Source of the DNA: Bacilli bacterium
Lineage (GTDB): Bacteria; Bacillota_I; Bacilli_A; RF39; UBA660
DNA: 64,000 bases
Assembly: GCA_017459965.1 (NCBI GenBank)
Contig: JAFUBW010000014.1
Location: forward strand, 199,174 to 263,173
Direction: 5' to 3'
In this document: in pieces, positions 43,848 to 55,174 of the stretch
Position numbering within the stretch: the stretch's first letter is position 1
How the letters are laid out: the number at the start of each line of letters is the position of its first letter
Translations under genes and position numbers: made by a program
Notes under the pieces: generated by a model
What the model was told of the DNA's origin: nothing
Databases searched by the model: none
The model's input: the letters and a program-made list of their open reading frames with translations, nothing else

Positions 43848-44174
43848 TTATTCTATCATTTTTTCAAAAAAATTAAATGTTTTTTCAAGTCCTTCCATCA
43901 TACTATAATCAATGACATCTGATAATGTATTACCAAGTTTTGTGATTTTATTATTATAATTCTTTTTACTTGTAGATAAATAATTTTTTATATCTACTCT
44001 TTTTCCATTTTTTATATCTTCTTCGAATTGTTTCATTTTTTCATTTGTAAGTGTTGTTTTTTCTTTATTTTGATATTCGTAATAACCATTATTTGATGCG
44101 ATATATAAAGATACAAATAAAGTAAAAAGTGCGAACATTATTGAATTAAATACTTTTTTAGGATTTATTTTCAT
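43848..44174 (-). CDS. YqxA-like small membrane protein (DUF3679-like)
   Basis: 108 aa with an N-terminal TM. Conserved position between lepA and spoIIP as in B. subtilis. Confidence 0.45.
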   Translation of the reverse strand: MKINPKKVFNSIMFALFTLFVSLYIASNNGYYEYQNKEKTTLTNEKMKQFEEDIKNGKRVDIKNYLSTSKKNYNNKITKLGNTLSDVIDYSMMEGLEKTFNFFEKMIE

Positions 44175-44177
44175 ATA

Positions 44178-45197
44178 TTATTCTCCTTTTATATAAGTTT
44201 TAATTATGTCTGATAATGCATTTACTGTATTAGTTAATTCTTCAATAGTATTTTCTTTAGCACCTACTTCTATTAATATTACTCCTTTATTTAAATCTTG
44301 ATTATATGAATCAGGCCAATTAGGAGTCGGTCTATAATAAATACCCCTAGATAGTCCAGGATATAATTTATCTGATATATCATCAAGCGATTTCATTATA
44401 CTTTCATTTTCTTTATAATTTGGATTAGTTGTTCCTAAAACAAATAATATTCTGGCATATTTTTTATTATCTATAGTTGTAGTTGATATATCTTTATTAA
44501 CAGAATCTCTATGTATATCTATAAAATATTTTAAATTTTTATATTTATTCATAACATTTTTTAAAAATATTCTAGTAGATGCATAAAATGAATCACTCGA
44601 TAAATTTGATATTTTAATAAATTCTGATATATTTGTATCTTCTACAATAGTCGGTATATCATTTTTATTTAATTGATCTTTAAGTAAATATGATGTCATC
44701 ATTACATTAGGAGTTATATTATCATGTTCAAGGCCTTGATTTGAATATGTTTCAAGTTGATGAGAATTATAAATATATACTAAAGGATTATCTACTGTCT
44801 TACTAGTATTATCTATATAAGTTGTTATTTTATTATAGTTATCTTCATTATAATCATCTTCTCCTGATTTAGCATCCTTATTATCTTTTTTTACTTCTAT
44901 ATTATTATTTTTAAATTTATTATCAAGTAATGTATCTGGGTTATTTAAATCTACTTTTGAAAGTAATTTTATACTTTCTTTTATAATAAAATTATCAGTA
45001 TTTTTAAAATATGATTTATTAAGTAAATAGTTTAAATATTCATCTTTAGTAACATTCTCATTATTATTAATTAAATATCTAATAGTAAATATAAAACTTA
45101 CACCTACAATTAAAATAAAAAAAAGAAATTTTAATATTTTCATATTTAATTTCTTTTTAGTATTATTCTTTAATTTAGCTTTTTTCATATTCATCAC
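44178..45197 (-). CDS. spoIIP: stage II sporulation protein P (SpoIIP)
   Basis: Membrane anchor, then SpoIIP motifs VYIYNSHQLETY, IDIHRDS, ARILFVLG, and LIEVGAKENT. Confidence 0.75.
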   Translation of the reverse strand: MMNMKKAKLKNNTKKKLNMKILKFLFFILIVGVSFIFTIRYLINNNENVTKDEYLNYLLNKSYFKNTDNFIIKESIKLLSKVDLNNPDTLLDNKFKNNNIEVKKDNKDAKSGEDDYNEDNYNKITTYIDNTSKTVDNPLVYIYNSHQLETYSNQGLEHDNITPNVMMTSYLLKDQLNKNDIPTIVEDTNISEFIKISNLSSDSFYASTRIFLKNVMNKYKNLKYFIDIHRDSVNKDISTTTIDNKKYARILFVLGTTNPNYKENESIMKSLDDISDKLYPGLSRGIYYRPTPNWPDSYNQDLNKGVILIEVGAKENTIEELTNTVNALSDIIKTYIKGE

Positions 45198-45261
45198 CTA
45201 AATAAAGAATAAATCAATATATGTAATAAATATGTCGAAAGATATAAATATTTTTAAATTT

Positions 45262-45290
45262 TAAAAAAATCAAAGTTATTCATTAACTTT
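45262..45290 (-). terminator. intrinsic terminator overlapping the trmK 3' end
   Basis: TCAAAGTTA-ATGAA-TAACTTTGA followed by a U-run. Confidence 0.45.
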
Positions 45291-45950
45291 GACTTCTTCT
45301 TTTAATATTTTTATTAATTTTTTATGGTGTAATTTACTTACAATGTTATTATTTGGTAGTTGAAGTAATAAATTTTCATATTTTAATAATTTTTTAGAGT
45401 AGTAATCATTAAATAATTCATCTTTATTTTCCATAAGTCTTGGTCCAAAATATATTTGTTTATAATCATATTTTTCTACACCTGGGATAAATTCTATTAT
45501 TGTATAAATAATATCTTTATCTTCTATTAATTTTTCTCTTGATATTTTATAACCTAATTTAATAATATATTTTCTTAGTTTAACTATATCCGTATTAGAT
45601 TGAATTATTATTTTTTTTACATTTTTTATTTTTTCTTGATTACTTAATATTTTTTTAATTGTATAAAATCCCATACCTGATATTACAATAGTATCATATT
45701 CTTCTGTATCTGCGACAGTTAATCCATCACCTATTCTAACATCTATTTTTTCATCTAGATTATGTCTTTGTATTGATCTTTTTGCTTGTTTAATAGCACC
45801 TTCAGATATATCAGTGGCTATTACATTAATATTTGGATATTCTTCTTTTAAATAAATATCTAAAAGAGCATGATCACATCCTATATCAATAATTTTATCA
45901 TTTTCATCTATAAACTCGGTTATAGCCTTTAATCTTTTTGAAGTTCTCAT
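45276..45950 (-). CDS. trmK: tRNA (adenine22-N1)-methyltransferase TrmK (YqfN-like)
   Basis: Rossmann-fold MTase motifs IIDIGCDHALL, VIATDISEGAI, and ISGMG. Sits after sigA as in Bacillus. Confidence 0.75.
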   Translation of the reverse strand: MRTSKRLKAITEFIDENDKIIDIGCDHALLDIYLKEEYPNINVIATDISEGAIKQAKRSIQRHNLDEKIDVRIGDGLTVADTEEYDTIVISGMGFYTIKKILSNQEKIKNVKKIIIQSNTDIVKLRKYIIKLGYKISREKLIEDKDIIYTIIEFIPGVEKYDYKQIYFGPRLMENKDELFNDYYSKKLLKYENLLLQLPNNNIVSKLHHKKLIKILKEEVKVNE

Positions 45951-45951
45951 A

Positions 45952-47052
45952 TTAGTCCACCAAATAATCCTTTAATTTTTTACTTCTTGATGGATGACGA
46001 AGTTTTCTAAGTGCTTTTGCTTCTATTTGTCTTATTCTTTCTCTTGTAACTCCAAATATAGTTCCTACTTCTTCTAGTGTTCTACATGTTCCATCTATAA
46101 GACCAAATCTAAGTTTAATAACTTGTTCTTCTCTTTCTGTTAAAGTAAGTAATAATTCACCTATTTCATCTTTTAATACTTCATTAATAGCATATTCTTC
46201 AGGTGATAATGTTTTATCATCTTTTACAAAATCACCTAAGTGTGAGTCTTCTTCTTCACCTATTGGTGTTTCAAGTGATAGTGGATCAAGTGATATTTTA
46301 ATAATTTCTCTTATTTTTTCTTCTGGCATATTAAGTGCTTTTGAAAGTTCTTCTTCTGTTGGTTCTCTATCTAATTCTAATGTCATTTGTCTTTGAACTC
46401 TTTTTAATTTATTAATTGTTTCTACCATATGAACAGGTACTCTTATAGTTTTTGCTTGATCTGCGATTGCTCTTGTAATTGCTTGTCTAATCCACCATGT
46501 TGCATATGTAGAAAATTTATATCCTTTTGATGAATCAAATTTATCTACTGCCTTCATAAGACCTATATTACCTTCTTGAATTAAATCTAAGAATGATAAG
46601 TTTCTTCCTACATATCTTTTAGCAATTGATACAACAAGTCTAAGGTTAGATTCAGCTAATTTACTTTTAGCTTCTTCATCACCTTCATCAATTCTTTTAG
46701 ATAGTTCAAGTTCTTCTTCTAAAGAAAGTAAACTTATTTTACCTATTTCCTTTAAGTACATTCTAACTGGGTCATTTATACTTAAATTTTTAGGAAGTGA
46801 TAAATCATCATTTAATAATTCTTCTACTGAAGATACATCATCTTCTCCTTCATCTTCATCTGATATTTCCGAATCAGCAACTACTTCTATATTATTATCA
46901 TTTAAAAAATTATATAAATTATCTAAACTTTCAGCATCCATTTCTAGACCCTTTAAAGCGTCCGCTAATTGTTCAAAAGTTAAGAAACCATTTTCTTTTC
47001 CTTGTTTTAATAATTCTTCTTTTCTTTCTTCAAATGTTTTTATTTCGTTCAT
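45952..47052 (-). CDS. sigA: RNA polymerase primary sigma factor SigA
   Basis: Regions 1.2 to 4 are present. [18 protein letters not shown] and an rpoD box. Confidence 0.9.
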   Translation of the reverse strand: MNEIKTFEERKEELLKQGKENGFLTFEQLADALKGLEMDAESLDNLYNFLNDNNIEVVADSEISDEDEGEDDVSSVEELLNDDLSLPKNLSINDPVRMYLKEIGKISLLSLEEELELSKRIDEGDEEAKSKLAESNLRLVVSIAKRYVGRNLSFLDLIQEGNIGLMKAVDKFDSSKGYKFSTYATWWIRQAITRAIADQAKTIRVPVHMVETINKLKRVQRQMTLELDREPTEEELSKALNMPEEKIREIIKISLDPLSLETPIGEEEDSHLGDFVKDDKTLSPEEYAINEVLKDEIGELLLTLTEREEQVIKLRFGLIDGTCRTLEEVGTIFGVTRERIRQIEAKALRKLRHPSRSKKLKDYLVD

Positions 47053-47053
47053 A

Positions 47054-48793
47054 TTACTTACTCTCCTTCATTTTTATTTCTACTATTTGTTGTGCAATTT
47101 CTTTTCTTTTAATTTCGTTTGTTTCATTTTTTAATTGATTGGTTAATTTATTTATTTGATTATTATATAGACTTTCTTTTATTACATTAAAATAATTATC
47201 TATTGAATCTTCTAATTCCTCTTTTGTATAATTTAGATCATCTATATTAATAATTAAATTTATTAAATCTTTTTTAGCTTCTAGATATATTACAAAATCA
47301 TTTATATTAAAACTATTAAACTTTTTATAATAAAGTACAATTTCATTAGCAAGTTTTCTATCTAGTTCATCTGGTAAATATGATAAATTATCAAAATAAT
47401 ATAAAATCATATTTGTATCATGTATCATTCTATATAATATATATTTTGATGCTTTTTCATATTTATTTGATTTTACATTTCTTTTTTCTTTATACTTGAT
47501 TTCTTTATTAGTATTTGTTTTTATCTTTGATTTTATAATTTCTTTATCTACATTTGTTAAATTTGATAATTTAGTAATTTCAATATCTCTTACTATATCA
47601 TCATCTACTTTTTCAATTTCAGGTATCATTAAATTAATATAATTTGATATATCTTTACCATTTGAAAAATCAATATTTTCTTTTAATGAATTTAATTTAT
47701 AATCATATACATTAATTGGATGAGATAAATGATACAACATTTTATCTTTACCTTTTTGAAGTATATACTCATCAGGATCTAAATTATCTTCAAGTCTTAC
47801 TATTTTAATATTATCCATATTATTACCAAAATTTTCTAAATAGCTTTGAGTAGCTTTATTACCAGCTTCATCACCATCAAACATTAAAATTATATTTGGA
47901 GCCATTTTATTAATTAAATTAGCTTGAAATTTAGTAACTGCGGTACCCATTGTTGCGACTACATTTTTAATACCAATTGACCAAAGTCTTATTACATCCA
48001 TAAAACCTTCAACTATTATAATACTTTTTTCTTTTCTTGCAAGTGCTTTTGCATTATGATAGTTGTATAATAATTCACCTTTTTTAAATATTTTTGTTTC
48101 CTTTGTATTTATATATTTATTTTCACTTGCTTTATCATATACTCTTCCTGAGAAACCAATTACTTGTCCTTGTAAGTTATAAAGAGGAAACATAATTCTA
48201 TTTTTATATATATCATACATATTATTTGAACTTTTATAACATATAGCAGATTCTATTATTTCATTATCAGTAAAGCCTTTTTTATTTAATATATTATATA
48301 ACTCTGAATCATTTGGTGATAGTCCAATATTAAATTCTTTTATAATTGAATCATCTATTTGTCTATCAGTTAAATATTTTTTAGCAGCTTTACCATATGT
48401 AGTATTTAAGTTATTTTGATAAAATTTATAAGCAATATCATATATATCATATAATCTATGATATGTATTATCTATATAAGTTTTATTATCAGTTTTTATA
48501 TCAATATCTATGCCTGTTTTTTCTGCAACTATTTTAACAGCCTGCATAAATGATATTTTTTCATATTCCATAACAAAATTAAATACATTACCTGAATTAC
48601 CGCAAACAAAACATTTATATATTTGCTTATCTGTTGATACACTCATTGAAGGATTATGATCATCATGAAATGGACATATTCCAAAATAATTTTTACCTTT
48701 TTGAACTAAAGGTACATAATCACGAATTATATCAACAATATTTGCTTTTCTTTGTATACTTATTATTTCATCGTATGGTATATTATTTGTCAT
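47054..48793 (-). CDS. dnaG: DNA primase
   Basis: Zinc-binding [10 protein letters not shown]...CFVCG, TOPRIM EGFMD, and DGDEAG. Confidence 0.9.
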   Translation of the reverse strand: MTNNIPYDEIISIQRKANIVDIIRDYVPLVQKGKNYFGICPFHDDHNPSMSVSTDKQIYKCFVCGNSGNVFNFVMEYEKISFMQAVKIVAEKTGIDIDIKTDNKTYIDNTYHRLYDIYDIAYKFYQNNLNTTYGKAAKKYLTDRQIDDSIIKEFNIGLSPNDSELYNILNKKGFTDNEIIESAICYKSSNNMYDIYKNRIMFPLYNLQGQVIGFSGRVYDKASENKYINTKETKIFKKGELLYNYHNAKALARKEKSIIIVEGFMDVIRLWSIGIKNVVATMGTAVTKFQANLINKMAPNIILMFDGDEAGNKATQSYLENFGNNMDNIKIVRLEDNLDPDEYILQKGKDKMLYHLSHPINVYDYKLNSLKENIDFSNGKDISNYINLMIPEIEKVDDDIVRDIEITKLSNLTNVDKEIIKSKIKTNTNKEIKYKEKRNVKSNKYEKASKYILYRMIHDTNMILYYFDNLSYLPDELDRKLANEIVLYYKKFNSFNINDFVIYLEAKKDLINLIINIDDLNYTKEELEDSIDNYFNVIKESLYNNQINKLTNQLKNETNEIKRKEIAQQIVEIKMKESK

Positions 48794-48921
48794 AAAAAAC
48801 CACTTCCAATATATATATTCGTCAAAAGTTATTAAAATTCCCCTAAAAAAATGAAAAAAATTTTATATTTTACGCATATTTTACACTTTTTTGAATATTT
48901 TTATAAAAAAGGAGCATAATA

Positions 48922-49458
48922 ATGAATTATAAAGTTATTACTATTATTAGTATTTTTTTAATATTTATATTTTCTTTTCTATATCATAATATATATGTTT
49001 ACTTTCCAAATACATTTACATCTTTATTATTTCCAGTGAATGAATCTATTTTTGAACATATGAAATTAATATATTTAAGTTATCTATCATCTGCTGTTAT
49101 TGAATATTTTTTATTAAAAAAGAACAAATTAAATATTAATAATTTTAAAATGAGCATATTATTTTCAATTGTTTTTAACATAGTATTTTTTCTAATAGTT
49201 TATACTCTAATATATATAAATACATCACATAGTTTATTTATTACTCTTTTATCATATTTTATAAGTATTTGTTTATCTAAATCTTTATCATATTTAATAT
49301 TAACGAGTAATAAAGATTATAGTTTTATAAATAAATATTTTTATATAATTATATTTATAATATTTTTAATATTAATTTATTTTACTTATAATCCTCCTAA
49401 GAATTTAATATTTATAGATAAAGAAAATAAAAAAATAGGACTTAGTAATTATTACTAG
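48922..49458 (+). CDS. hypothetical integral membrane protein (178 aa)
   Basis: RBS AAAAGGAG. Five or six hydrophobic segments. Confidence 0.5.
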   Translation: MNYKVITIISIFLIFIFSFLYHNIYVYFPNTFTSLLFPVNESIFEHMKLIYLSYLSSAVIEYFLLKKNKLNINNFKMSILFSIVFNIVFFLIVYTLIYINTSHSLFITLLSYFISICLSKSLSYLILTSNKDYSFINKYFYIIIFIIFLILIYFTYNPPKNLIFIDKENKKIGLSNYY

Positions 49459-49467
49459 TCCTATTTA
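49436..49467. terminator. bidirectional terminator between convergent genes
   Basis: Near-perfect inverted repeat AATAGGACTTAGTAAT / ATTACTAGTCCTATT spanning both stop codons. Confidence 0.45.
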
Positions 49468-50705
49468 TTCTTTTTATTTTTACTTTTTTTCAAATCAGGA
49501 ATTTCTATTGTATTAGATAATTCTTCTTCTACTTTTTTATCTTTTTTTACTTTTTTAAATATTTTTTGAAGTACTTCTTTTTTAGATAAGTAATACCCAA
49601 GCACTATACCAAGTGTAAATGTTAATAAAGCTGAAATTGTAAACATTATCCATTCTCTCTTACTTGTAGTATCAGGACATGTTTGTACTATTTTCTTTTC
49701 TTGTTTAGATCTTATTACATTTAATGTATATGTTTCCTTATTTTGTTCATCTTCACTTGTTATATTTATTTTTACAGGATTTCTTCCTACTTTAAATTTG
49801 TTATTACCATCTATTTCTACTTTTGCATTTGGATTTTCTGGTTCTGCAGTTATTTTTAATTTTGTTATTTTATATGGAACAGTTAAAGTATATTTTTTTA
49901 ATTCCTTTGCAAAATCTAAATTAAATCCTTTAACTTTTAAATTTGTTAAAAATGCGCTTGCTTTTAAAAGTTCTTCGTCTGTTGGTGTTAATTTAAGTGT
50001 TACTTTTATCATATATGTTTTAGTTGTTTTTCCATCTTCTGCAGTTACAGTTATTTTTATATCATTATCGCCTTTTTGTAAATTTTTATAATTTTCAGAA
50101 ATCATTATTTTTGCATTTGAATCAGATGCGATAGCATTTACTGTAATTTCTGTTATATCTTGTATTGTTGATGAGTATTCAGTAACATTCTTATCAAATT
50201 TAGGACTTATTGTTGCATTTGGTATTTTAAGTGATGAAAGTGATGCATCTGATGAGAAAGGTGCAACTTTTACAGTAGAACTTTTCAAGTCACATGTTTT
50301 ATCACTAATTGTTTTGCAATTTTGTCCTAATGATAATGCAGAATCACCTGGAGATTTTGCAGTTAATACTATAGTTGCTATTGTTGCATCTGATGAAATT
50401 GGACCAGAGCCGCTATTTTTAATTATTGATATTGGATTAGATGAATTAACAGTTGATAATCCACTACCATCAACAGACTTAACACTTAATTTTGAAGAAT
50501 CATAATTTAAAGTTAAATTATAATCTTGTATAGAATCAGTTCCTATATCGCCTGCTTTTACATAAACAGTTACATCTTGTCCTGGTTTTATTGTATCGGC
50601 TGATCTTTCAACTTTAATAGAAGCCGCAAATGCTACCTTAGGTACTAATAAAAATGCAACTAAAAAACTTATAATCGCTAAAATATTTAAAAACCCTTTT
50701 TTCAT
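49461..50705 (-). CDS. cell-surface protein: signal peptide, cohesin-like domain, two cadherin-like beta-sandwich repeats, and a C-terminal TM anchor
   Basis: The repeats LSSLKIPNATISPKFDKNVTEYSSTI...ITVTAEDGKTTKTYMIKV and LTNLKVKGFNLDFAKELKKYTL...ITSEDEQNKETYTLNV fit the cadherin-like (CLBS) pattern. C-terminal hydrophobic anchor followed by a lysine-rich tail. Confidence 0.6.
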   Translation of the reverse strand: MKKGFLNILAIISFLVAFLLVPKVAFAASIKVERSADTIKPGQDVTVYVKAGDIGTDSIQDYNLTLNYDSSKLSVKSVDGSGLSTVNSSNPISIIKNSGSGPISSDATIATIVLTAKSPGDSALSLGQNCKTISDKTCDLKSSTVKVAPFSSDASLSSLKIPNATISPKFDKNVTEYSSTIQDITEITVNAIASDSNAKIMISENYKNLQKGDNDIKITVTAEDGKTTKTYMIKVTLKLTPTDEELLKASAFLTNLKVKGFNLDFAKELKKYTLTVPYKITKLKITAEPENPNAKVEIDGNNKFKVGRNPVKINITSEDEQNKETYTLNVIRSKQEKKIVQTCPDTTSKREWIMFTISALLTFTLGIVLGYYLSKKEVLQKIFKKVKKDKKVEEELSNTIEIPDLKKSKNKKNK

Positions 50706-50719
50706 TCTTTTCCCTCACT

Positions 50720-51736
50720 TTATATTAATGATTTACGTTTATATAATCCTACACCTTCAATACAATAAATATTTAATGTAGCTTTATTTTTTATTTTTAT
50801 AAAACATAAACCATTTACTATGACATCTTCATTATCATTAACTTCTATTTTAGTTAATTTTAATTTTTTACCTCTTTGATTTGTCATAGTATTTATTCTA
50901 TTAATAATTATATCATTTGATAAATAAAATGTAAAACTATTTTTACCACCCTTTACATACTCTATACGAAGCATATCGTCTACTAAAAGAGTTGTACCTT
51001 CACTTATTTGATATGTGATTGGTCTTATTTCAGAATGTGGCATTACCTTTTTTAATTTTTTTGAATCTATGAATTGTGAAATATTATCTTTTTCAATAAA
51101 TCCTGGTGTATCTATTAAAGTAATATCTTGATTTATTTTTATTTCATTTATATTTATTGTAGTAGATGGAAGTATTGATGTTGTAATCATTAAATCATTA
51201 TCTGAATAGTTTTTGATAAATTTATTAATAAGTGTCGATTTACCTGAATTTGTATTTCCACATACATACACATTATTACTTGTTTTATATTTTTCAATTA
51301 ATTCTTTTAATATATCTATATTATAATTAGTTTTACTACTTATAATTATTGTATCTACTATATTTTTATTGAAATTATATTTATTTATACTAGATCTTAT
51401 TTTATTTTCTTTAACGCTTTTAGGAATAATATCATATTTAGTTATTACAAGTATAATTTTATTATTAATATATTTATTTATCATATCTATTGATTTATTT
51501 ATATTAAATATATCTACTAAAAATAATACTAAATCATCTGTTTTATTTATATTCTTATATATATCAATATATTCTTCACCACTTGTATTAACTGTTTTAA
51601 ATTCACCATAGTTAATTAATTTAAAACATCTTTCACAGTAATTAGCACTTTGTAATTTATCTTCTTTTATATACCCTATCTTTTCTTTATCTTCTGATTG
51701 AAGAATACTTCCACAACCTAAACATTTTTTAGTCAT
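50720..51736 (-). CDS. yqeH: ribosome biogenesis GTPase YqeH
   Basis: N-terminal zinc ribbon CLGCGS...CERCF and a circularly permuted GTPase. Confidence 0.8.
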   Translation of the reverse strand: MTKKCLGCGSILQSEDKEKIGYIKEDKLQSANYCERCFKLINYGEFKTVNTSGEEYIDIYKNINKTDDLVLFLVDIFNINKSIDMINKYINNKIILVITKYDIIPKSVKENKIRSSINKYNFNKNIVDTIIISSKTNYNIDILKELIEKYKTSNNVYVCGNTNSGKSTLINKFIKNYSDNDLMITTSILPSTTININEIKINQDITLIDTPGFIEKDNISQFIDSKKLKKVMPHSEIRPITYQISEGTTLLVDDMLRIEYVKGGKNSFTFYLSNDIIINRINTMTNQRGKKLKLTKIEVNDNEDVIVNGLCFIKIKNKATLNIYCIEGVGLYKRKSLI

Positions 51737-52250
51737 AATATTTTCCCTTTACTAATATATTTTTTTTATTATAATTTCTTAAAATAAAACCTTCAAAGAA
51801 TCTCCAAAATTTTGTATATACAGGTTCATTATCATTTATTTTATCTACAAATATAATAAATAAATCATTTCTTTTTGCCCCTATTACATCTGTCATTATT
51901 TGATCACCTATGAAAGCACATTTATTTTTATCATATTTTTTTAATACTTTTTTATAGTTTTTATTTAAAGGTTTCATTGATGAATAATAAATATCTACAT
52001 TTAATATATCTTTTACTTTAAATAATCTTTTTGAGTGAGAATTTGAAAATAAAAAACATTTAAATCCCATCTTTTTTAAATTATTAAATAAATCTATTGA
52101 TTCTTTTGATGGTATATCATCTTGATATGAAATAATTGTATTATCTAAATCAAAAAATAAATATTGTATATTTAATTGTTTTAATTTTTTATAATTTATT
52201 TCATATATATTTTTTTTATACATATTTGGTTTTAAATTCATAATAATCAC
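51729..52250 (-). CDS. yqeG: YqeG-family HAD phosphatase
   Basis: FFDLDNTI, FSNS, and IGDQIMTD. Confidence 0.75.
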   Translation of the reverse strand: MIIMNLKPNMYKKNIYEINYKKLKQLNIQYLFFDLDNTIISYQDDIPSKESIDLFNNLKKMGFKCFLFSNSHSKRLFKVKDILNVDIYYSSMKPLNKNYKKVLKKYDKNKCAFIGDQIMTDVIGAKRNDLFIIFVDKINDNEPVYTKFWRFFEGFILRNYNKKNILVKGKYYD

Positions 52251-52288
52251 CTTTTAAAATTATACTTAAATAATAAATAAAATCAATA

Positions 52289-53083
52289 TTATTTATTACT
52301 TATTTTTATATATTCATCCTTAGTCATAAGATTTTTATAATGTTTATTATTTAAAAATTTTTCATTTAAGAATTTTGTTTTATTTATAAATATAATTCCA
52401 ATTAAATAAAATGGAATAAAGAATAATATTATTATTAATATTAATAAATTGCTATTTAAAAATCTATTAATAATATTTGATAATGTGAAATTATATATAA
52501 AATGTAAGAATGTAGGAAATAATAGACATAACATTAAATTTAACACTCTTCTTTTTGTTCCCCAGGTGAATTTTTCTTTTCCCATAAAATAACCCATTGA
52601 TATACCACATATTAAATGAAGTGGGACTGTTGTTATACCTCTTAGTATAGCAAGTGATTTCATAGATTGTATATTTGGTTCATTAAAAACATATATTAAT
52701 GATTCTAATGCAGCAAATGAAAGTGCGATTAATGAAGAATATACAAATCCATCATATATATCATCAAAGTTTGAATTTTTAGATAAGAATAAATAAAGTA
52801 CAATTAATTTAGAATATTCTTCAACCAATGCAAGTATTAATATTTTAAATATATTGTTAGTATTGTAATCAAATAAGCCTATTGAAATTATATCTAATTT
52901 AGGAAGTAATACTTGTCCAAATAATAATGATAAACATATTGTAAATATGCATGATATTAAACATAAAAATATTATATAAGTAGGTTCTTTAGATTTTCTA
53001 TCTGAATACAAAATTAAAATTATAAATATTATTGTAGTAAAAAGTGATAAACCTATTATAGAAATATAATTTAATAAATTCAT
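52289..53083 (-). CDS. PrsW-family intramembrane protease
   Basis: Polytopic, with an EEYSK (EExxK) motif and FxxxH/HxxxN-like motifs. Confidence 0.55.
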   Translation of the reverse strand: MNLLNYISIIGLSLFTTIIFIILILYSDRKSKEPTYIIFLCLISCIFTICLSLLFGQVLLPKLDIISIGLFDYNTNNIFKILILALVEEYSKLIVLYLFLSKNSNFDDIYDGFVYSSLIALSFAALESLIYVFNEPNIQSMKSLAILRGITTVPLHLICGISMGYFMGKEKFTWGTKRRVLNLMLCLLFPTFLHFIYNFTLSNIINRFLNSNLLILIIILFFIPFYLIGIIFINKTKFLNEKFLNNKHYKNLMTKDEYIKISNK

Positions 53084-53160
53084 AACTACCTCCTATTATT
53101 ATAATTATAACAATTTTACATTTATTTTATTTGTTTTTATTTTAATTTTACTATTTGTTT

Positions 53161-53195
53161 ACAAAAAAAGTATTTAATTACTTAAATACTTTTCC
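53161..53195 (-). terminator. intrinsic terminator after fmt
   Basis: AAAAGTATTTAA-TTAC-TTAAATACTTTT. Confidence 0.45.
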
Positions 53196-54116
53196 TATTA
53201 AACTATTTTTATCTTGTATGCCATTTAAATAATCTTTAACTGATATTCTTTTCTTTCCTTCAAATTGAAGTTCTAGTATTTTTATTTCTCCATCTTTTGT
53301 TTTTACACCAATTGAATCATTATAAATATTAATTATTTCTCCACTAGATGCTTGTTTATTTGTATTTGATATTAATGAAGTATATATCTTTACTTTTTTT
53401 TCATCTAATGTAGTATAACCAACTGGCCATGGATATAAACCTCTTATTTGATCATACACTTCTTTAGTAGTTTTATTGAAATCTATTTTTTCTTCTTCTC
53501 TTGTTATATTATAAGCATATGTCACTTCATTTTCATCTTGTTTAATTCTTTTATTAGTTTTATTTAAAATACTAGGTAATATATCAATTATCATTTTACT
53601 TCCTAAAACGCTTAATTTATCAAATAAAGTTCCTGCATTATCGTCATTTTCTATTTTTATTTTTTCTTGATAAATAATATCTCCAGAATCCATTTTTTCA
53701 TCCATATACATTATAGTTACACCTGTTGTTTCATATCCATTTATTATAGCTTTATGAATTGGTGCACCTCCCCTTAATTTTGGAAGAAGTGATGCATGTA
53801 TATTTATACATCCATATTTTGGATAATTTAAAAGCTCCTTAGGTATTATTTGACCATAAGCACATGTTATTATAATATCTGGTTTTAAATCTAATATTTC
53901 TTTGTAATCTTCTCTTATTTTTATTGGTTGAATAACTTTTAAATTATTTTCTATGGCAAATTCTTTTACAGGTGAAAATTTTATTTCTTTTTTTCTTCCT
54001 ACCATTTTATCTGGTTGGGTAACCACACCTACAATGTTGTATTTATTATTTAATTCCTTTAATGGTAATACACTAAAATCAGGTGTCCCCATATAAACTA
54101 TTTTTATATCATCCAT
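53178..54116 (-). CDS. fmt: methionyl-tRNA formyltransferase
   Basis: IVYMGTPDFSV, the SLLP motif, and a C-terminal Fmt domain. Confidence 0.85.
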   Translation of the reverse strand: MDDIKIVYMGTPDFSVLPLKELNNKYNIVGVVTQPDKMVGRKKEIKFSPVKEFAIENNLKVIQPIKIREDYKEILDLKPDIIITCAYGQIIPKELLNYPKYGCINIHASLLPKLRGGAPIHKAIINGYETTGVTIMYMDEKMDSGDIIYQEKIKIENDDNAGTLFDKLSVLGSKMIIDILPSILNKTNKRIKQDENEVTYAYNITREEEKIDFNKTTKEVYDQIRGLYPWPVGYTTLDEKKVKIYTSLISNTNKQASSGEIINIYNDSIGVKTKDGEIKILELQFEGKKRISVKDYLNGIQDKNSLIGKVFK

Positions 54117-54127
54117 TATTTCACCTT

Positions 54128-55162
54128 CTAAAATAAATTAATTACATCTTTTATAGTTATTAATATCATTAACCCCATTAAGAATATAAATCCTGCGAAA
54201 TTAACATAAGTTTCAAATTTTGGATTTATTCTAGAACCTTTGATCTTTTCTATAATTAAAAATACAATTCTACCACCATCAAATGCTGGGAATGGAAGCA
54301 AATTCATAAATCCTATATTAATTGATAGATATGCGGTTAAGTATAATATCATTTGAAATGAGTTTTTAACACTATCAACTACTCCATATATACCAACAGG
54401 TCCTGATAAACTATCTACGCCTAGTTTACCAGTAAATAAACTTTTAATAACTAAAACCATAGATTTATATATTGAAACAAATTTTTCTTTTCCATATTTT
54501 AAAGCTGGTAATAATCCTTTTTGTCTTTCTATTTTAACGCTTATACCATAGTAATAATTACCATCTTTTTCTTTTTTAGGTTTAACATTATATACTTTTT
54601 CACCTGTAGTATCTTTTATAGTTATATTAACACTAGCTTGTTTATCTTTTTCTGTTGCGAGCGCTAAATATGTTTGTATATCATCATAATTTTTAACTTT
54701 ATTATTATTTATCTTTATAACTTCTGATCCATCTCTTGCTCCTGCAATATATAAACTACCTGTTTTTGGCATATTATCTAATATATTAGTAGTATATATA
54801 CTTCCATATATTAGCCCAATAACAAATAATAATACGAATCCTAAAATAAAATTATTTAATACACCCGCAAACATAATTAAAAATCTTTGCCATATTGGTT
54901 TATTATATAATTTCATATTATCTGGAACTTTATTATCAGTTATATCTTCTTCTCCTGCCATAGCGACATATCCACCAAGTGGTATTAATTTTATCATATA
55001 ATTTGTTTCATCATTTTTTCTTTTAAATGAATAAATTTTAGGTCCAAATCCTATAGAAAATTCATATACATATACACCAAATTTTTTAGCAAATAAAAAG
55101 TGTCCTAGTTCATGAATAAAAATAATTACTCCAAGTATTAATATAAAAATAATTATTGTCAT
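54128..55162 (-). CDS. rseP: site-2 protease RseP/RasP (M50 with PDZ)
   Basis: HELGHF zinc motif, a central PDZ domain, and LDGG. Confidence 0.85.
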   Translation of the reverse strand: MTIIIFILILGVIIFIHELGHFLFAKKFGVYVYEFSIGFGPKIYSFKRKNDETNYMIKLIPLGGYVAMAGEEDITDNKVPDNMKLYNKPIWQRFLIMFAGVLNNFILGFVLLFVIGLIYGSIYTTNILDNMPKTGSLYIAGARDGSEVIKINNNKVKNYDDIQTYLALATEKDKQASVNITIKDTTGEKVYNVKPKKEKDGNYYYGISVKIERQKGLLPALKYGKEKFVSIYKSMVLVIKSLFTGKLGVDSLSGPVGIYGVVDSVKNSFQMILYLTAYLSINIGFMNLLPFPAFDGGRIVFLIIEKIKGSRINPKFETYVNFAGFIFLMGLMILITIKDVINLF

Positions 55163-55174
55163 AATATATCTCCT

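Noticed and set aside
46797-47138. 113-aa plus-strand ORF overlapping sigA/dnaG
   Set aside because: It is antisense to two well-supported genes, low-complexity (H/L/I-rich), and has no RBS. A by-product of AT-rich sequence.
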